A DNA stretch of 62,878 nucleotides, filler included, from Squatina squatina (taxonomy: Eukaryota), in the NCBI GenBank assembly GCA_031763465.1. It is 4 parts of 4 records of this genome, joined end to end, with 100 filler letters (N's around TTAATTAATTAA, not from the genome) between each part and the next. Parts side by side here need not be neighbours in the genome. Positions count along the whole stretch, not along the records: positions 1 to 16,476 come from JARFOE010000121.1; positions 16,577 to 31,018 come from JARFOE010000189.1; 2 more parts are not named here. One strand, 5' to 3'. The notes beneath the pieces were generated by a model that made no database searches, had not been told where the DNA came from, and was given only the letters and a program-made list of their open reading frames with translations. Of this stretch, positions 13,316 to 25,216 are shown piece by piece; within the stretch, counting starts at the first letter, position 1, and each line of letters opens with the position of its first letter. The position numbers and the translations under genes are program-made.

Positions 13316-16300
13316 GTCGTTTAAGCTTTTCTTCTATTCTGCTCTGAAGAGCTTCAAAGAAGGTTTCTGCCAGAATTGGGAAATTGCTAGTTAGAGGCCG
13401 CTTTGGCAGGGGTTTGGGAGCAAAGCCTGTCTAACTTTTTGGCTGGGGATGGAGCGTAGTGCAGGGACACTCAAAAGGAAGGATGAAGGGAAGTTTTCAA
13501 AACAGCATTGTATTATTTGAATCTATTCACTAGTGGCTCTGGAATTTGAAGCTGTTTTCCTTGGCAGTCTGATCATGGAATGGTGGTGAATATGTTTTTG
13601 GCCTTCAATAGTATAGTGCTGAGGACGAGTCAGACAGTCCTGCAATATAGCCAAGCTTCTCTTGGCTTGCATAATGTCTGTAGAAACCAAATTCAATTTA
13701 GATTTGGAGGATCTGTCCTCAAAGCCCGAAATAAATACTGATCTCTACAGCGGAGACACTAAGAAAATTATATTATTGAATTAACCAAAAACTTTCCATC
13801 TTATTTTCTCTCATGAATTCTTTTTCACTTCTATTTAATCTTTTCCTCTTGAATTGTACATAATGTCCATAATAAAATAATACTAACACCGATTATAATC
13901 TACTTGTCTAATTTATAGCAACCATTTTCTGGAAAGAATATACACTTTCTTAGCTTATGACATGAGTTGTTATGTAACAATCTCATCAGACGCGTAATTA
14001 TTGTTTGTAGAAAGTGGTTTACTATAAATGTGTCACATGTACATCTCCAGCAGGGTAGTATTTCCAACCACCTTCTGTATGCAGAAGATCTCATGATCAT
14101 ATTTACAGCCCAGAAGGTACCTGGCCTCTGGCAGTGTGTTATGCCAGCATCATATGCAACTAAATGCTCGATATAGATTTTCTGCTTACCTTCAGTATCC
14201 TCATTCATCACATAAAACCTTAGCTATGGCCCATGGGGACAAGTAACCAAAAATGAAAACGTAAAATACACATCAGGCTTTCAAGTGTCTCGTACAGCAA
14301 CAAAATAAAATGGGAACATGCCATACCTTGTTCTTTAGCCACGCTATACATAAATGCTGCTAGAAAATAGCTGATTGTTTTTGAACAGTGATAAATCTGC
14401 TGCTATTCTGAGTCATGTTCTCTGTCTCTTGAAGCCCCAGTGCAGTATTCTGTAAATGCTCGTTTCAGTTTTCATTGTTTTGCAATCTATTCAGGTGTTA
14501 CACTTAATCTAGGTAGGATTTCACCCTTTTAAATGAAAAGTTGTACAGAAGCTAAAATAGTTTCTTACATTGGTGCCTCTTGATCTGATGCTCTTGCTAG
14601 GTTACAAGTGAATGTAATAGTAATAAATTAAAAGTTCAGAGTCATTGATTGTGTCAGACTAAGCAATATCAAAGATTAAATTTAGCTTCAAACAGTTCTG
14701 GCTAACAAATACATCTTAATGTCAATTGCAAATTAATTCAACGAGTACGAACAAGTTAATGACCTGTATACATTATATTGATAAAGTGAGCAATTATAAT
14801 ATTGAGGCTTGTGAAGTAGGTCATACATGGGAAACATTGGATCAATCTTAATAAACCTCTGCACTGAATCTGATGCAGCGAAATGTAAACACGCAATTAA
14901 TAGAGGCTCCCTGACTAATGGCGGAAAGTTATGGATGATTTTTTTTCACAAGTCCGTAAAGAATCATAACTCACAACTGGGGCANNNNNNNNNNNNNNNN
15001 NNNNNNNNNNNNNNNNNNNNNNNNNNNNNNNNNNNNNNNNNNNNNNNNNNNNNNNNNNNNNNNNNNNNNNNNNNNNNNNNNNNNAGACAAAACAACAAAA
15101 GTTGATCTATCTTACGAGTGATATCTTTCTACAATATACACTTCTCTTGTCCATCTCCCGTGGCATTGCTCATGGTGAAGAGTGAGGAAAGTTCGGAGCT
15201 AGAATAGGTCCAAGTCGGATAAACCAGCTTGAAATGACTGTTTTTCTTTCTCTTTATATATGTGTGTAAGATAGCATTTCTGCAGACGCCAAAATTACGA
15301 TGATTTCCAAAAGAATAATTAAACATGCCTTGAGTATTTCAGTGTTACTTAGTGACCATTATATCATGGATGATAAATCCCTTTTAATTGTCTCAACTTG
15401 GCTGTGACTTATATGGAGCTAATTGTGGGGCACCACTATTCCCTGAGTAACATAATTAGCATTGAACGAATGCAGTCCATTTGTAGCACAACAGCTAGTA
15501 ACTCTGTTCCATGACAGTAGTCATAACATGTAATATATTTTATTGACTATTTTATTGCAATATAAACTCATGGTTTGGGGAAAATACTTTGCATGCTAAA
15601 GCAATGCATCCAATATCCTTGCTTACCACATAATTTCATGTATTGGCCCAGAGGGATACATGAGTCTTTGTATTTCCTTTTATTCTCTGACGTTATATTC
15701 ATCTTTTTGCTAAATAAAGTAACAAAAATTAAAGACAGAAATAACAGGGATGCAAACAGTGGAACAAAAGGGAAAGTCATTTTTAAATATATTTATTCTA
15801 ATACTACATTAATAAAGCTACTCGAGCCACCAAGAAACATTATTGTTGTGTTTTATGAACCCGACTACTTGATTCAACTAAGAATCCATGATGAATTTTT
15901 CAGGGATAATTGGAGCTCCCAATGCAGAGCCTCACTTGCCAGGAGCACCTATTGTGAATCTGGGCACACTCCCTACAATGTTACATCCACTAAAATTAAC
16001 AAAACGAAAAACATGGGGAGCACACACCCAAATTTCCAAAATGCAATCCTGATTGGATAATGCTCTGTGCTAAGAGCATAAACTCCTAAAACTGGCCCAT
16101 TTGTTCACTTCTATTGCCGATTTTATTTTTTCTCCAAGGCACAGCCGCCGTGACAGTTCTTCACCCTACTCCAAAATAAACTTCAAATCATTAATGCTTC
16201 GAAACCCAACAATTCACAACAATAATTTCAAGCTATAAACTTTCCTTTCCCACCATCCATTTGCTTGAATGTTCCCTGCCCATCCCCTCCAAAATTAACA

Positions 16301-16476
16301 GTTTTAACCCCATGTAACACCTTTCTCCACTAGCAGACGGCACCACACCTATCCATATTCCAGTCCTCCAGTACCTGGCTCTCTTTCGGTTTTATATGTA
16401 CTAAGATCTCAAAGTGAAAAATGCAGGCAGTGTAGCAGACTGAAGGCATATGTATGTTAACTGCTCTGCCCCTTTC

Positions 16477-16576
16477 NNNNNNNNNNNNNNNNNNNNNNNN
16501 NNNNNNNNNNNNNNNNNNNNTTAATTAATTAANNNNNNNNNNNNNNNNNNNNNNNNNNNNNNNNNNNNNNNNNNNN
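16477..16576. other. Artificial scaffold spacer
   Basis: 44 N + TTAATTAATTAA (stops in all six frames) + 44 N. Confidence 0.97.
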
Positions 16577-16700
16577 CTGTAAGTTCTATGTAATTCTATG
16601 TAAATGCAGGTCATTGGAGTTGAGGTACAGATCATTCATGATTTAATAGAACAGCGGAATAAAGGGTTGAATGGCCTGCTCCTGTTCCTAGGTTCCTACT
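16577..16700 (+). mobile_element. CR1-type 3' tails
   Basis: (ttctatgtaa)n tail followed by ggagttgaggtacagatc...gaatggcctgctcctgttcct. Confidence 0.75.
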
Positions 16701-17844
16701 TCAGAAATTTGGAGGCAATAAAGACAAAGTTCACTCCCCGTCCTTGTGCAGCCAAGAAAAATATCAAACTTTAATTGTGTGGTTAACTCGCTCAGCTTTC
16801 CATTCTCAACACTGGCGGGCTTGAATAGTCCAGCGAGATTACTGTCTGTGACTGGAAACGGACGGCCAGAAGCCAGTGACTATGTTGGGGAAATCCTTTT
16901 GCCTTTGTTTCAGACAGAGAACACGTGGAGTCAGTGCACTTTGCAACAAAGTATTGCGGCAAAAACGCCAGGGATCCCCCCTTTGTGCTGTGTAATTAAT
17001 TGGGTCACATTCCACCCACAAGGTGTAGTCACTCTATAATTCACACACTGCCTAATTGCCTCTTTGTTTGGAGGCTTATTTATCTTGGCTTGTTTTTCTC
17101 ATCGTGGAACGTGCCTTGCAGTCAGTTTTATCTGTCAGATCCTCGTGTTGTAAATGTCAGTGTCATTTTTCTGCTTTGTAATATCGGAGATGTTATAATC
17201 ATCAATCAGATGGACAGAAGAGAAGGAAAGATTAGACATAATTCATCTTTATTGGTACCTCATTGTAATGACTCGATGGGCGACATGAACAGATAATCTA
17301 CTGCTTTGATGGAAGCTAATTATTCTTAAGGGTGACAGTGCTGGAATAAGCTCGGCGACATTGTTTTCAAAAATGACAGTCAGCCGAGACATCAATGTTA
17401 GCTGCGGTGCTATCAGACTGCGAAATAACTTCATCCTTTAAAAGATGGGATTAGCAGGGTTACCTAGAAGGAGTCTACCAGAGCTACAGAGCTCAGACTT
17501 CACAGTAATTAACCATCTGTTCAAGAAATACTTTGCTTCTTGCCTGGTAAATTTGCTTCTCAATTGACATGATTTTATTAATTGAGGTGTTTAGANNNNN
17601 NNNNNNNNNNNNNNNNNNNNNNNNNNNNNNNNNNNNNNNNNNNNNNNNNNNNNNNNNNNNNNNNNNNNNNNNNNNNNNNNNNNNNNNNNNNNNNNAATGC
17701 ATTGTATTTGGAAAGCTAACACATTCTTTTGTGAGATATTATTGCTAAAAATACAAACCATGATGTCAAACTCACGAGATACAGCACAAGTAACTCCCAA
17801 CTCAACATTCCAGGCATTGTGTAGTTTCAGCTGGGAAGGGCTCA

Positions 17845-18542
17845 GGGGAAAAATTGGGGTTGTTTGCACCTTCTGTTAGCACCCCCGGGGGCGCTAACTG
17901 GCACAAAAGACTTTTCAGCCAGACATGGCGCCGCTAACAACTTCTGTTAAATTCTGCAGGAGTTTAGTGGCGGCGGTACCCGTTAGCACCCTGCTCCATC
18001 ACCGTGCACAGTGACCTGTTTTTGCCCTGGAGCAAAAATTCGGGAGCCCCTCCTGAAGCTGCACTGGGCGATGACAGTGACAGCTTCAGGGTGCACGCAT
18101 AAGGTGGATGGCGTACGCGGAAAAAAAATTGTCCGACCTACCGGTCACGGCCCATTGCCTCCTTGAATGCGGGGTCCATGCTGCGATCTGGCAGCCTGGC
18201 ACTCCGCCTGAGTGCCGGGCTGATGCCACAGCACCCTGCTGCCCGGCAGTCCAGGTAGGGACCCGCAAAGTCTGCAGCTTGGCCCTCCCCTTCAATGAAG
18301 TTGAGGGCCCCTTCTACGTGGCAGCGCTACGCATCCCAGCGTGTAGCACTCCACCCCTCTCCCTGCGCTTCTGCCCCCTTAGCACCCCACAGAGGAATTG
18401 GAGCACGTTATTTTGCGCTCCACTTCCTTTTGGAGGCGGTAGCCCCAATATCGCGAGTGGGGCGGGATTTCCACGCCTGGCGCAGGAACTCTCGCCTCGC
18501 GGCTGTTACCGCCCCCAAATGGGCTCAACGCAATTTCCCCCC
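17845..18542. mobile_element. Non-autonomous Harbinger-like TIR element (about 700 bp)
   Basis: TIRs ggggaaaaattggggttg / caacgcaatttcccccc; many ttagcaccc/gggcgctaa subterminal repeats; GC-rich interior. Confidence 0.75.
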
Positions 18543-18994
18543 CGGAATCCTTACTTTCTGTTATTGATAACACTTTTTGATTCAGTGGTCCTCCAGCAGT
18601 TCCAAACTGAACAATTTTTGCTTTTTGCTTGCTTGTACGTTTAATATCACTCTAAGAATTTTGAGTGGATGTAGAATTTAATCAGTGGTGTTTAATCATC
18701 AAGTAACTGCCTCCAGTGTCTCCCTTCTGGCCTAGGGATTAGGTGGTCAGTGCCACATATAGTACTCCTTGTCATTATTACCTCCAACTGTCTTGTAAAT
18801 TTTAGTCTCCAAATCTTGTTGATGGCATTCTCCGCACAACTTGCTGCCCAGATTGCTGGTGGAGAGTCTCTTTATAGGGATCAAGGATCTAACTTCCAAC
18901 TCATTGTGAAACTTACCTGTGATTATTGATGTTATTGCCTCAGAGACGAGAATGGGATCTCTAAATACTGAGTTGTCATCAGGTGGGATGCTCA

Positions 18995-19315
18995 TGTCCG
19001 GACGGAGAAACCATGGACCAGTGGTAGTATTCCCAGTTCTGAGTCAGAAGAGTTGGGATTGGGACAGTCCCGGTGAGTGGAAACCAGATTGCTAGCTCTG
19101 AATACTGGGTTGACGTCCAGTGGGGGAACTTGGGTCACAACTGGCAGGTGGGCCTCTTTAGCCTTGATTGCAACTCATCTTGGAGAAGGGATTCTGAAAA
19201 TAAAAACTGTGAGGATGGCAACAAAGAACCACATTAGCTAATCTTTACTAGTAATTGGCTCAATAATCTCATGTGTGAGACTTGAGTTAGGACCTGTGCT
19301 AGGGCAGAACACAAC
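18995..19315 (+). mobile_element. Old bipartite tRNA-RTE SINE
   Basis: tRNA-like head (tggaccagtggtag...ctgagtcagaag...agtccc), RTE 5'-like module (tagccttg..gcaac..atcttggagaaggga), Bov-B/Sauria-like 3' module (gaggatggcaac..aaccac..atcttt). Confidence 0.5.
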
Positions 19316-20390
19316 AAACAGACGGACTGTATCATAACAAGACAGTTGCATTGTGCCTTACCAAACATCCAGCGCTATATTACTGGTGTAGCTGGGTGTG
19401 AATTATTTGATCAACTGTGAATTTTTAATAACAGCTCATCTTGTGCATTATTAAGCAGAGATTACTGGATTCCTTAGTGTGGAAAATCTGATCCTTTACA
19501 ATAGTACACAGGATAATTGTTTCCTAAGATCCCTTGATTCATTTCCTTTCAAATTAGTTTGGACAAAGGTGAGCTAAATTGGTGTTATAATCAGTAAACC
19601 CTGTAGAATTTCTTGCTAGATAATGGATTGCAGTGCCACGTGAAATTCTCAGATAGTTTACTCTCAATCCTATATACTGGTTAATGTTCAGTTATGAGCG
19701 GCTCCTTGAAACAGTGTCAGATTAGGGAAACATATAAAACAAAAACTAGGGCACCAAACGCCCAGCTTAAAGCATAGGTTTTACGTTTCGGAAATCAGTT
19801 CTGCCGAACTTTTTGTCATTCAGCTCGGGTAAGTGTGTCAGTTTGACGCGTGTAGTGTTAAGTGCTTGGATTTGTCAGAAGCTTTAGTTTTCACTTGTAA
19901 AAGAAAAGTCTCTTAAGCATCAGGCATTTATCGGGCCATCCATCTTCTTTGGGCCCCCACCCACCCATACTGGTCCACAAGCACCCGCCTGTTTCTCCCA
20001 ATTCCTTGCTTTCTGCCTCCTATTATCTCCCTGTCAGGGTCCTGGGTTTCATTCGGTGATTAATCATCATTTAGAAGGTTCAGCTAGTTGGAAAACAGTG
20101 AGGGACAGTTTCTGCAGGAGGCTCCCCTCTCCCCAGCCTAAGTGATAATGGCTTGCTGCTGAGGCTTTGTGTTGTCATTTTATTTTCTCACTGCAAATGA
20201 GATGAAACTGTGGCCAACAGTCACGTTAATTTATACAGCCTTGCTGCAGGTAGCACGTGGAAAAAGAAAAATCTCTTGAGAGCAGAGACGNNNNNNNNNN
20301 NNNNNNNNNNNNNNNNNNNNNNNNNNNNNNNNNNNNNNNNNNNNNNNNNNNNNNNNNNNNNNNNNNNNNNNNNNNNNNNNNNNNNNNNNN

Positions 20391-20720
20391 GGGGAGGTTT
20401 AATAGAGGTGTTCAAAATGATGAGGGGCTTTGATGAAACAGGGAGAAACTGTCTTCACTGGCAGGAGGGCACAGATTTAAAATAAAAGCCAATGATGAGA
20501 ATTTCTGTTACACGGCGAGTTGTTGTGATCTGGAACGCACGGCCTGAAAAGGGCAGTGGAAGCAGATTCAATAGTAGCATTGAAAAGGGAATTTGATAAA
20601 CACTTAAAAAGGAAAGATTTGCAGGGCCTTCGGGAAAGAGCGGGGACTAAGTGGATAGCTCTGTCAGGCACGATGGGCCGAATGGCCTCCTTCTGTGCTG
20701 TACCATTCTCTGATTCTATA
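20391..20720 (+). mobile_element. CR1 LINE 3' end
   Basis: GGLIEVFKMMRGFD...VEADSIVALKREFDKHLK, 3'UTR gggccgaatggcctccttctgtgctgta. Confidence 0.9.
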
Positions 20721-22139
20721 AAAAGTACCTGCCATGTGTCTGACCTCAACACAAGCACTTTGTCAGTCGATGCCTGTCTGTTTGATTGCTTGTTTATTCC
20801 AGCGGTGCAACTTATTACATTATTGTCGAGACTGCTTCAATTCCCAGTTTGGTTTATTAGACTTAAATTACTATACTTTGTAATTGCTGTAATATTAAAA
20901 TAGATCTTCATTGTGAATGTAATTAGTGGAAAATTATTATCTGATAAGTTTTTTTTTGTTTGGGCCAGTGCCATAAAAATTAGTATCAGCCTTTTGGCCA
21001 GTCATTTGCATCCTAACCTTCTTCAATGCTAAGTATGCCCGGGGACAGTGCTCGAGTTGCATCAGAAGGTAATGGGAGAACAAGCAGTCGAACAAAGATG
21101 TGTGTGGGAGGAAGTAGCTCTGGTCAGTTGTGGAATCCCGCTGTTTGCCATGATTGCTGACTATCCCGAAATCTCAATGTCTCTCAGGGGAGAACTGCCA
21201 CTGTGTTGTGACGTTAAGGTACTGTATAGATCATTTGCAAATGACAAACCTACCAATCAACAAATGACAAGTTAAATTCTTGCAGGTAGACTTGGAGCAG
21301 CTGTAACCTGACAAGTGGCCTGGCAAATGCTGACAGTAATAAAATCCTCACCGAGGTACTAATCAAGATTGACACTGACGAGTGTGAGAGAAGGTCTGTC
21401 ATCCCTAAGGAAGTATAAAACTAAATTCTAAATTGGATGCGATGGTAAGCATTCAGAGAAACATTTAAAGAACATTATTTCTCACTGCATACATGAATTA
21501 TAAGAAATCGTGCAGCTATTTCCTTTAATTGTAAAAATTTGGGTGAATTAAAAAGCAGTTTGTACCTCAACATGTAACAGGAGGTTGAAGTTCACTAGTG
21601 CTTAATGGTTTCAGAATGCTTTGGAGAACTACAAGAAACCCGGTTTCATCTCTGAAGTGTTTTTTGCAGGATGATTGATTGGTTGTCTAATGATAGGACA
21701 TTTCAGCAGCGTGCAAAACTAAGGGCTGATTCAGTCCCACCTTCATAAAGCTTGACATTAAATAAAGATTTAGAGCTGTAATTCCCACACTGTAACCTTG
21801 TAAATGATATATGTATTGCAGAGTTGCGGGGTCACAGTTTACAGAACTTTTATTGACTGGAAGTTGTACTGTAATAGTCAGACTTGCTGCCGCTTTTCTC
21901 CGAAGCACAGGAAGGCAAAGGATTGGGAAAGGGTCACTGAGATCCTGGCGACGGTTCCTTGCAACTTCTCCATTATTACATGCTTAGGGTGACAGGAATT
22001 GGGCACACCGAGAAACATGGACCCTCATTGCACAGGATGGGCCAGCCTCAGTGTCCAGGAAATATCATCCCATCGCACCTCCTATACGCCCCGATTACAT
22101 TATTCTCCTGCTACTTATCCGACCCTCTCTTGATACAAT

Positions 22140-22319
22140 GGAGGTAGATCTTGACTTTATGCGACGGTGTACTACGGGTGATAGCGAATCGATGGCCCCG
22201 TTCATATCTCTCCCCATTTACACTGACTTCAATGGAAGTACAACTCGTAAGAGATGTAAAATGGGCTGCCGATTTGCTATTGCTTGTCACCACCCTCCGC
22301 ACAAAGTCAAAATGATCCC
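22140..22319. mobile_element. Palindromic foldback MITE
   Basis: Outer arms ggtagatcttgactttatgcg / cgcacaaagtcaaaatgatccc; inner arms gatagcgaatcg..gccccgtt / aatgggctgccgatttgctatt. Confidence 0.75.
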
Positions 22320-24542
22320 AAATCAGTCACAACACCCGTTGCCGGTCCGGCGNNNNNNNNNNNNNNNNNNNNNNNNNNNNNNNNNNNNNNNNNNNNNNNN
22401 NNNNNNNNNNNNNNNNNNNNNNNNNNNNNNNNNNNNNNNNNNNNNNNNNNNNCTATCAGGCCAATTCCCTGACTTAAAGGGACAGCTCTATTAGGGCGCT
22501 AAAATCATACCTATTGGCCCCATATAGCCCCCAGCTATAAAAATGCCAATTGGGTGCCCTCCAGCTCTTGCTGTGAAACCCAGACTTTTCATGGCTTTAT
22601 CCACTTGAGGTTCTGCTTGTGAACCTGAAACCCCCCCTCCAGATCCTCCACCCTTCCTTATGCAAAGAATATTTATTTTCTCATCTCCGAAAAGGTACCA
22701 CCCCACTTACTGATACTAAATTCCATCTGCCACTGTGTACTGGGTAGAACATAGGCTCCTCGGCTCCCTACTTTGTGAGAGTTCATGATATCAACTGAGG
22801 CCATCTTGAGGAGCACACTTATTAAAAAGAGGCAAGTCAGGAAGGGAGTCTTTCTGCATTGTTCTCAGGCCTCTCTCCGGCCTTGGGGCCACTTCAGAGC
22901 AGCTGAGAAGTGAAAGACTGGATGAGGATTGTTCCAAGTGCACAGCTGACAGAAGAGTAGAACATGGTGGCAGAGACCTTAGATGGCCAGACAATGGGAA
23001 TAAATGGCCGTGGGAAACAGGGTGATGAAAGAGCTAATAAAGGACAGCTGTTTGCAGATACTTATATTACCAATTTTGGGGGTGGGAGGAGGGAAATAAA
23101 CTAGTCATCACCTAAAATTACTTTTAAAGAAGGTATGACAGACAGATAAAAGTTATATATGGCTCTAAAGAGGTGGAATTACTCCAATACATGTCTATCC
23201 ATGTTTCAGTTTAGTTGCTTACCTTAGTTGAGAGCTGAGACTTGTTTGGGTTTCTAAGAAACTGTGGCATTTTCGGTCATATTTTAATCTAATATACTCT
23301 TTGTGACAGGAGCACTCGAAGATATAAAACATAATTGAGAAAAGTACGAGCAGCTTAGTTCCCTTTATGAGGGGGTGTTTCAAATTTTGTGCAGTAATGG
23401 TTTTACGCGAGGTTCATAAACAGTAGTTCAGGCTCCAAATGTTCGTTTTTTGATTTCTGAGGTTAAAAAGAGCTTAAAATAAGAGAGAGTACCCTTCCTT
23501 TATTTGCAGTTTCCTTTGTAAAATCCAAACAGTTGTATTTCTGAGGCTTTTTAGGTTAGAATATATCATTGCTGCAGCCCACAGATACTGGTTCTTTATC
23601 TTTAAGACAATGTCATTTCCAACAAAAGCAAGCTGATCGGTGGTGGTGGTGTCCAGATTCAAACCTCCAGTCCTTCGTCACAATGGGGTTCTTCTCTGTG
23701 GGAAGGAAGGGTTTGTAACACATGAAGCAGGTCAATTACCATGATAATTTCAATGTCAAGATTTCAGTTGCATGAGATGTAATGGGAAGAACTCATTCAG
23801 TTCAAGATAGCTTTCTCAGATATCTCCAACTACTGCTGAAATATATTGCTGAAAAGACGGGTTCTCTTTTACAGCATAAAAGCAATGGATATTTATTTTA
23901 AAAATAACGATTGGTAAACTGGTTTCTACCAAACAAAGAAGGAAGATTGTAAATGAAGAAATGGATTAAATGGGGGCATTCCTTGGATTAGTTTGTTGGG
24001 TGTTGCTCAGGCTTTTGAAGAGCAACCAACATCGTAGATTCTGATCCAATGAAAAGTAAGTCTCCTGATTTTCTAACTTTTTCCCCGGTTGTATGAAGCA
24101 TCAATAATGCTTGCCTTATTGTTAGTAAGGCCCCATTTCTAAGAATAAACTTGCAATTTGATGTTAATGTGTCATAATCGGCACACACAGCTGCGATGCT
24201 CAGGAGTAGATTGTGTAAACGGTTAAGTTTCCGACCAAATTCTGTTCGGCTACACAAGGGCAGGAATCACAATGCTTTTGCGGCTCCGCTAAAAGGCAAT
24301 TTTCTGTCATTTTATTTGCAAATAGCTGATTTTTCTTTCCTGCCTAATGTAACCATTCAGCAGATAAATTATGGAGACTCATACGTTTTGTCACGACCTG
24401 CCCCCCGCCACCCCACCTCCACCCCGCCCCCTTTCAAGCACAGGCTCTGTCCTGTGGTTTCGCTGATTTGTTCAATATGCCATACTACAAATCATAAAAA
24501 TAGATCTAAATTGTTTCAAGTGTTTTTTAATGTTCTTTTGAG

Positions 24543-24740
24543 GGCTGGATGCCACTGTGGGTTAGCACACCAGCTTTTCTCCTGGAACCTCTGTTCAGAT
24601 CCAGGTAAAACTGACCAGATGAACATTTCCTCTGTCTGTTGGTTGAAGGGGTCCTATATGAAATGGGTTTAGGGCAGTCTGAATCCTGGTTCCTGATGCA
24701 GATGGGCCACAGAACAAAACTAGCAGTAACTGTCATTGTA
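24543..24740 (+). mobile_element. LF-SINE-like element, 5' portion
   Basis: ggctggatg head, B-box-like gttcagatcc, then cctatatgaaatgggttt..gtctgaatcctggttcct..ccacagaacaaaac, colinear with the recalled LF-SINE CCTATGTGAAATGAGTT..GTCTCAGTCCAGTTCCT..CCACATCACAAAAC. Confidence 0.6.
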
Positions 24741-25151
24741 GAATGCTGGATTGTATCAACAAATGGTAAACCTCAATGACTTTCAAAGATGGCACTTTAA
24801 GCAGATCACAGTCAGCAATCCAAATTTATGGTGATATAAGAAGAACTGGTTACCTACATGCAAAAACTTATCTCAGTAACATAGTGCAACGGTCACGTTA
24901 CAGATTGGATGAACTGCTTTCTGTAATCTGTAGATTGTGTTCTTTCACGTATTGTGATTGGATGGCCATCAGATACAAATACCTCAGTAGGGGCCTCACC
25001 AGAGATCTTATAGCAAATTGTGAATGATTCCTCTATCAACAGCTAGTGTAGNNNNNNNNNNNNNNNNNNNNNNNNNNNNNNNNNNNNNNNNNNNNNNNNN
25101 NNNNNNNNNNNNNNNNNNNNNNNNNNNNNNNNNNNNNNNNNNNNNNNNNNN

Positions 25152-25216
25152 CAGAGTCGATAGAATTCTGTAAGATAACTAGCAATGCATCTGCTATTTC
25201 TAGGGCCATTTCCTTA
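25152..25216 (-). mobile_element. CR1 ORF2 fragment
   Basis: LKEMALEIADALLVILQNSIDS. Confidence 0.8.

Noticed and set aside
14030-14110. HLLYAEDL resembling the RT motif YADD
   Set aside because: May be an ancient LINE remnant, but flanking motifs could not be recovered
14189-14222. Small minus-strand exon candidate LRFYVMNEDTE with AAG|gtaagc
   Set aside because: No partner exons or homology; splice-like pairs arise by chance, as at 11604 and 23222
18108-18644. 178-aa ORF and similar GC-rich ORFs at 31656 and 32785
   Set aside because: They lie within GC-rich MITEs; no recognisable domain
19770-19830. Minus-strand ctgaatga...cgaaacgta as a hammerhead
   Set aside because: Core spacing is wrong and stems cannot be built
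23474-23662. ORF vaguely like an integrase zinc-binding region
   Set aside because: His and Cys ligands are absent
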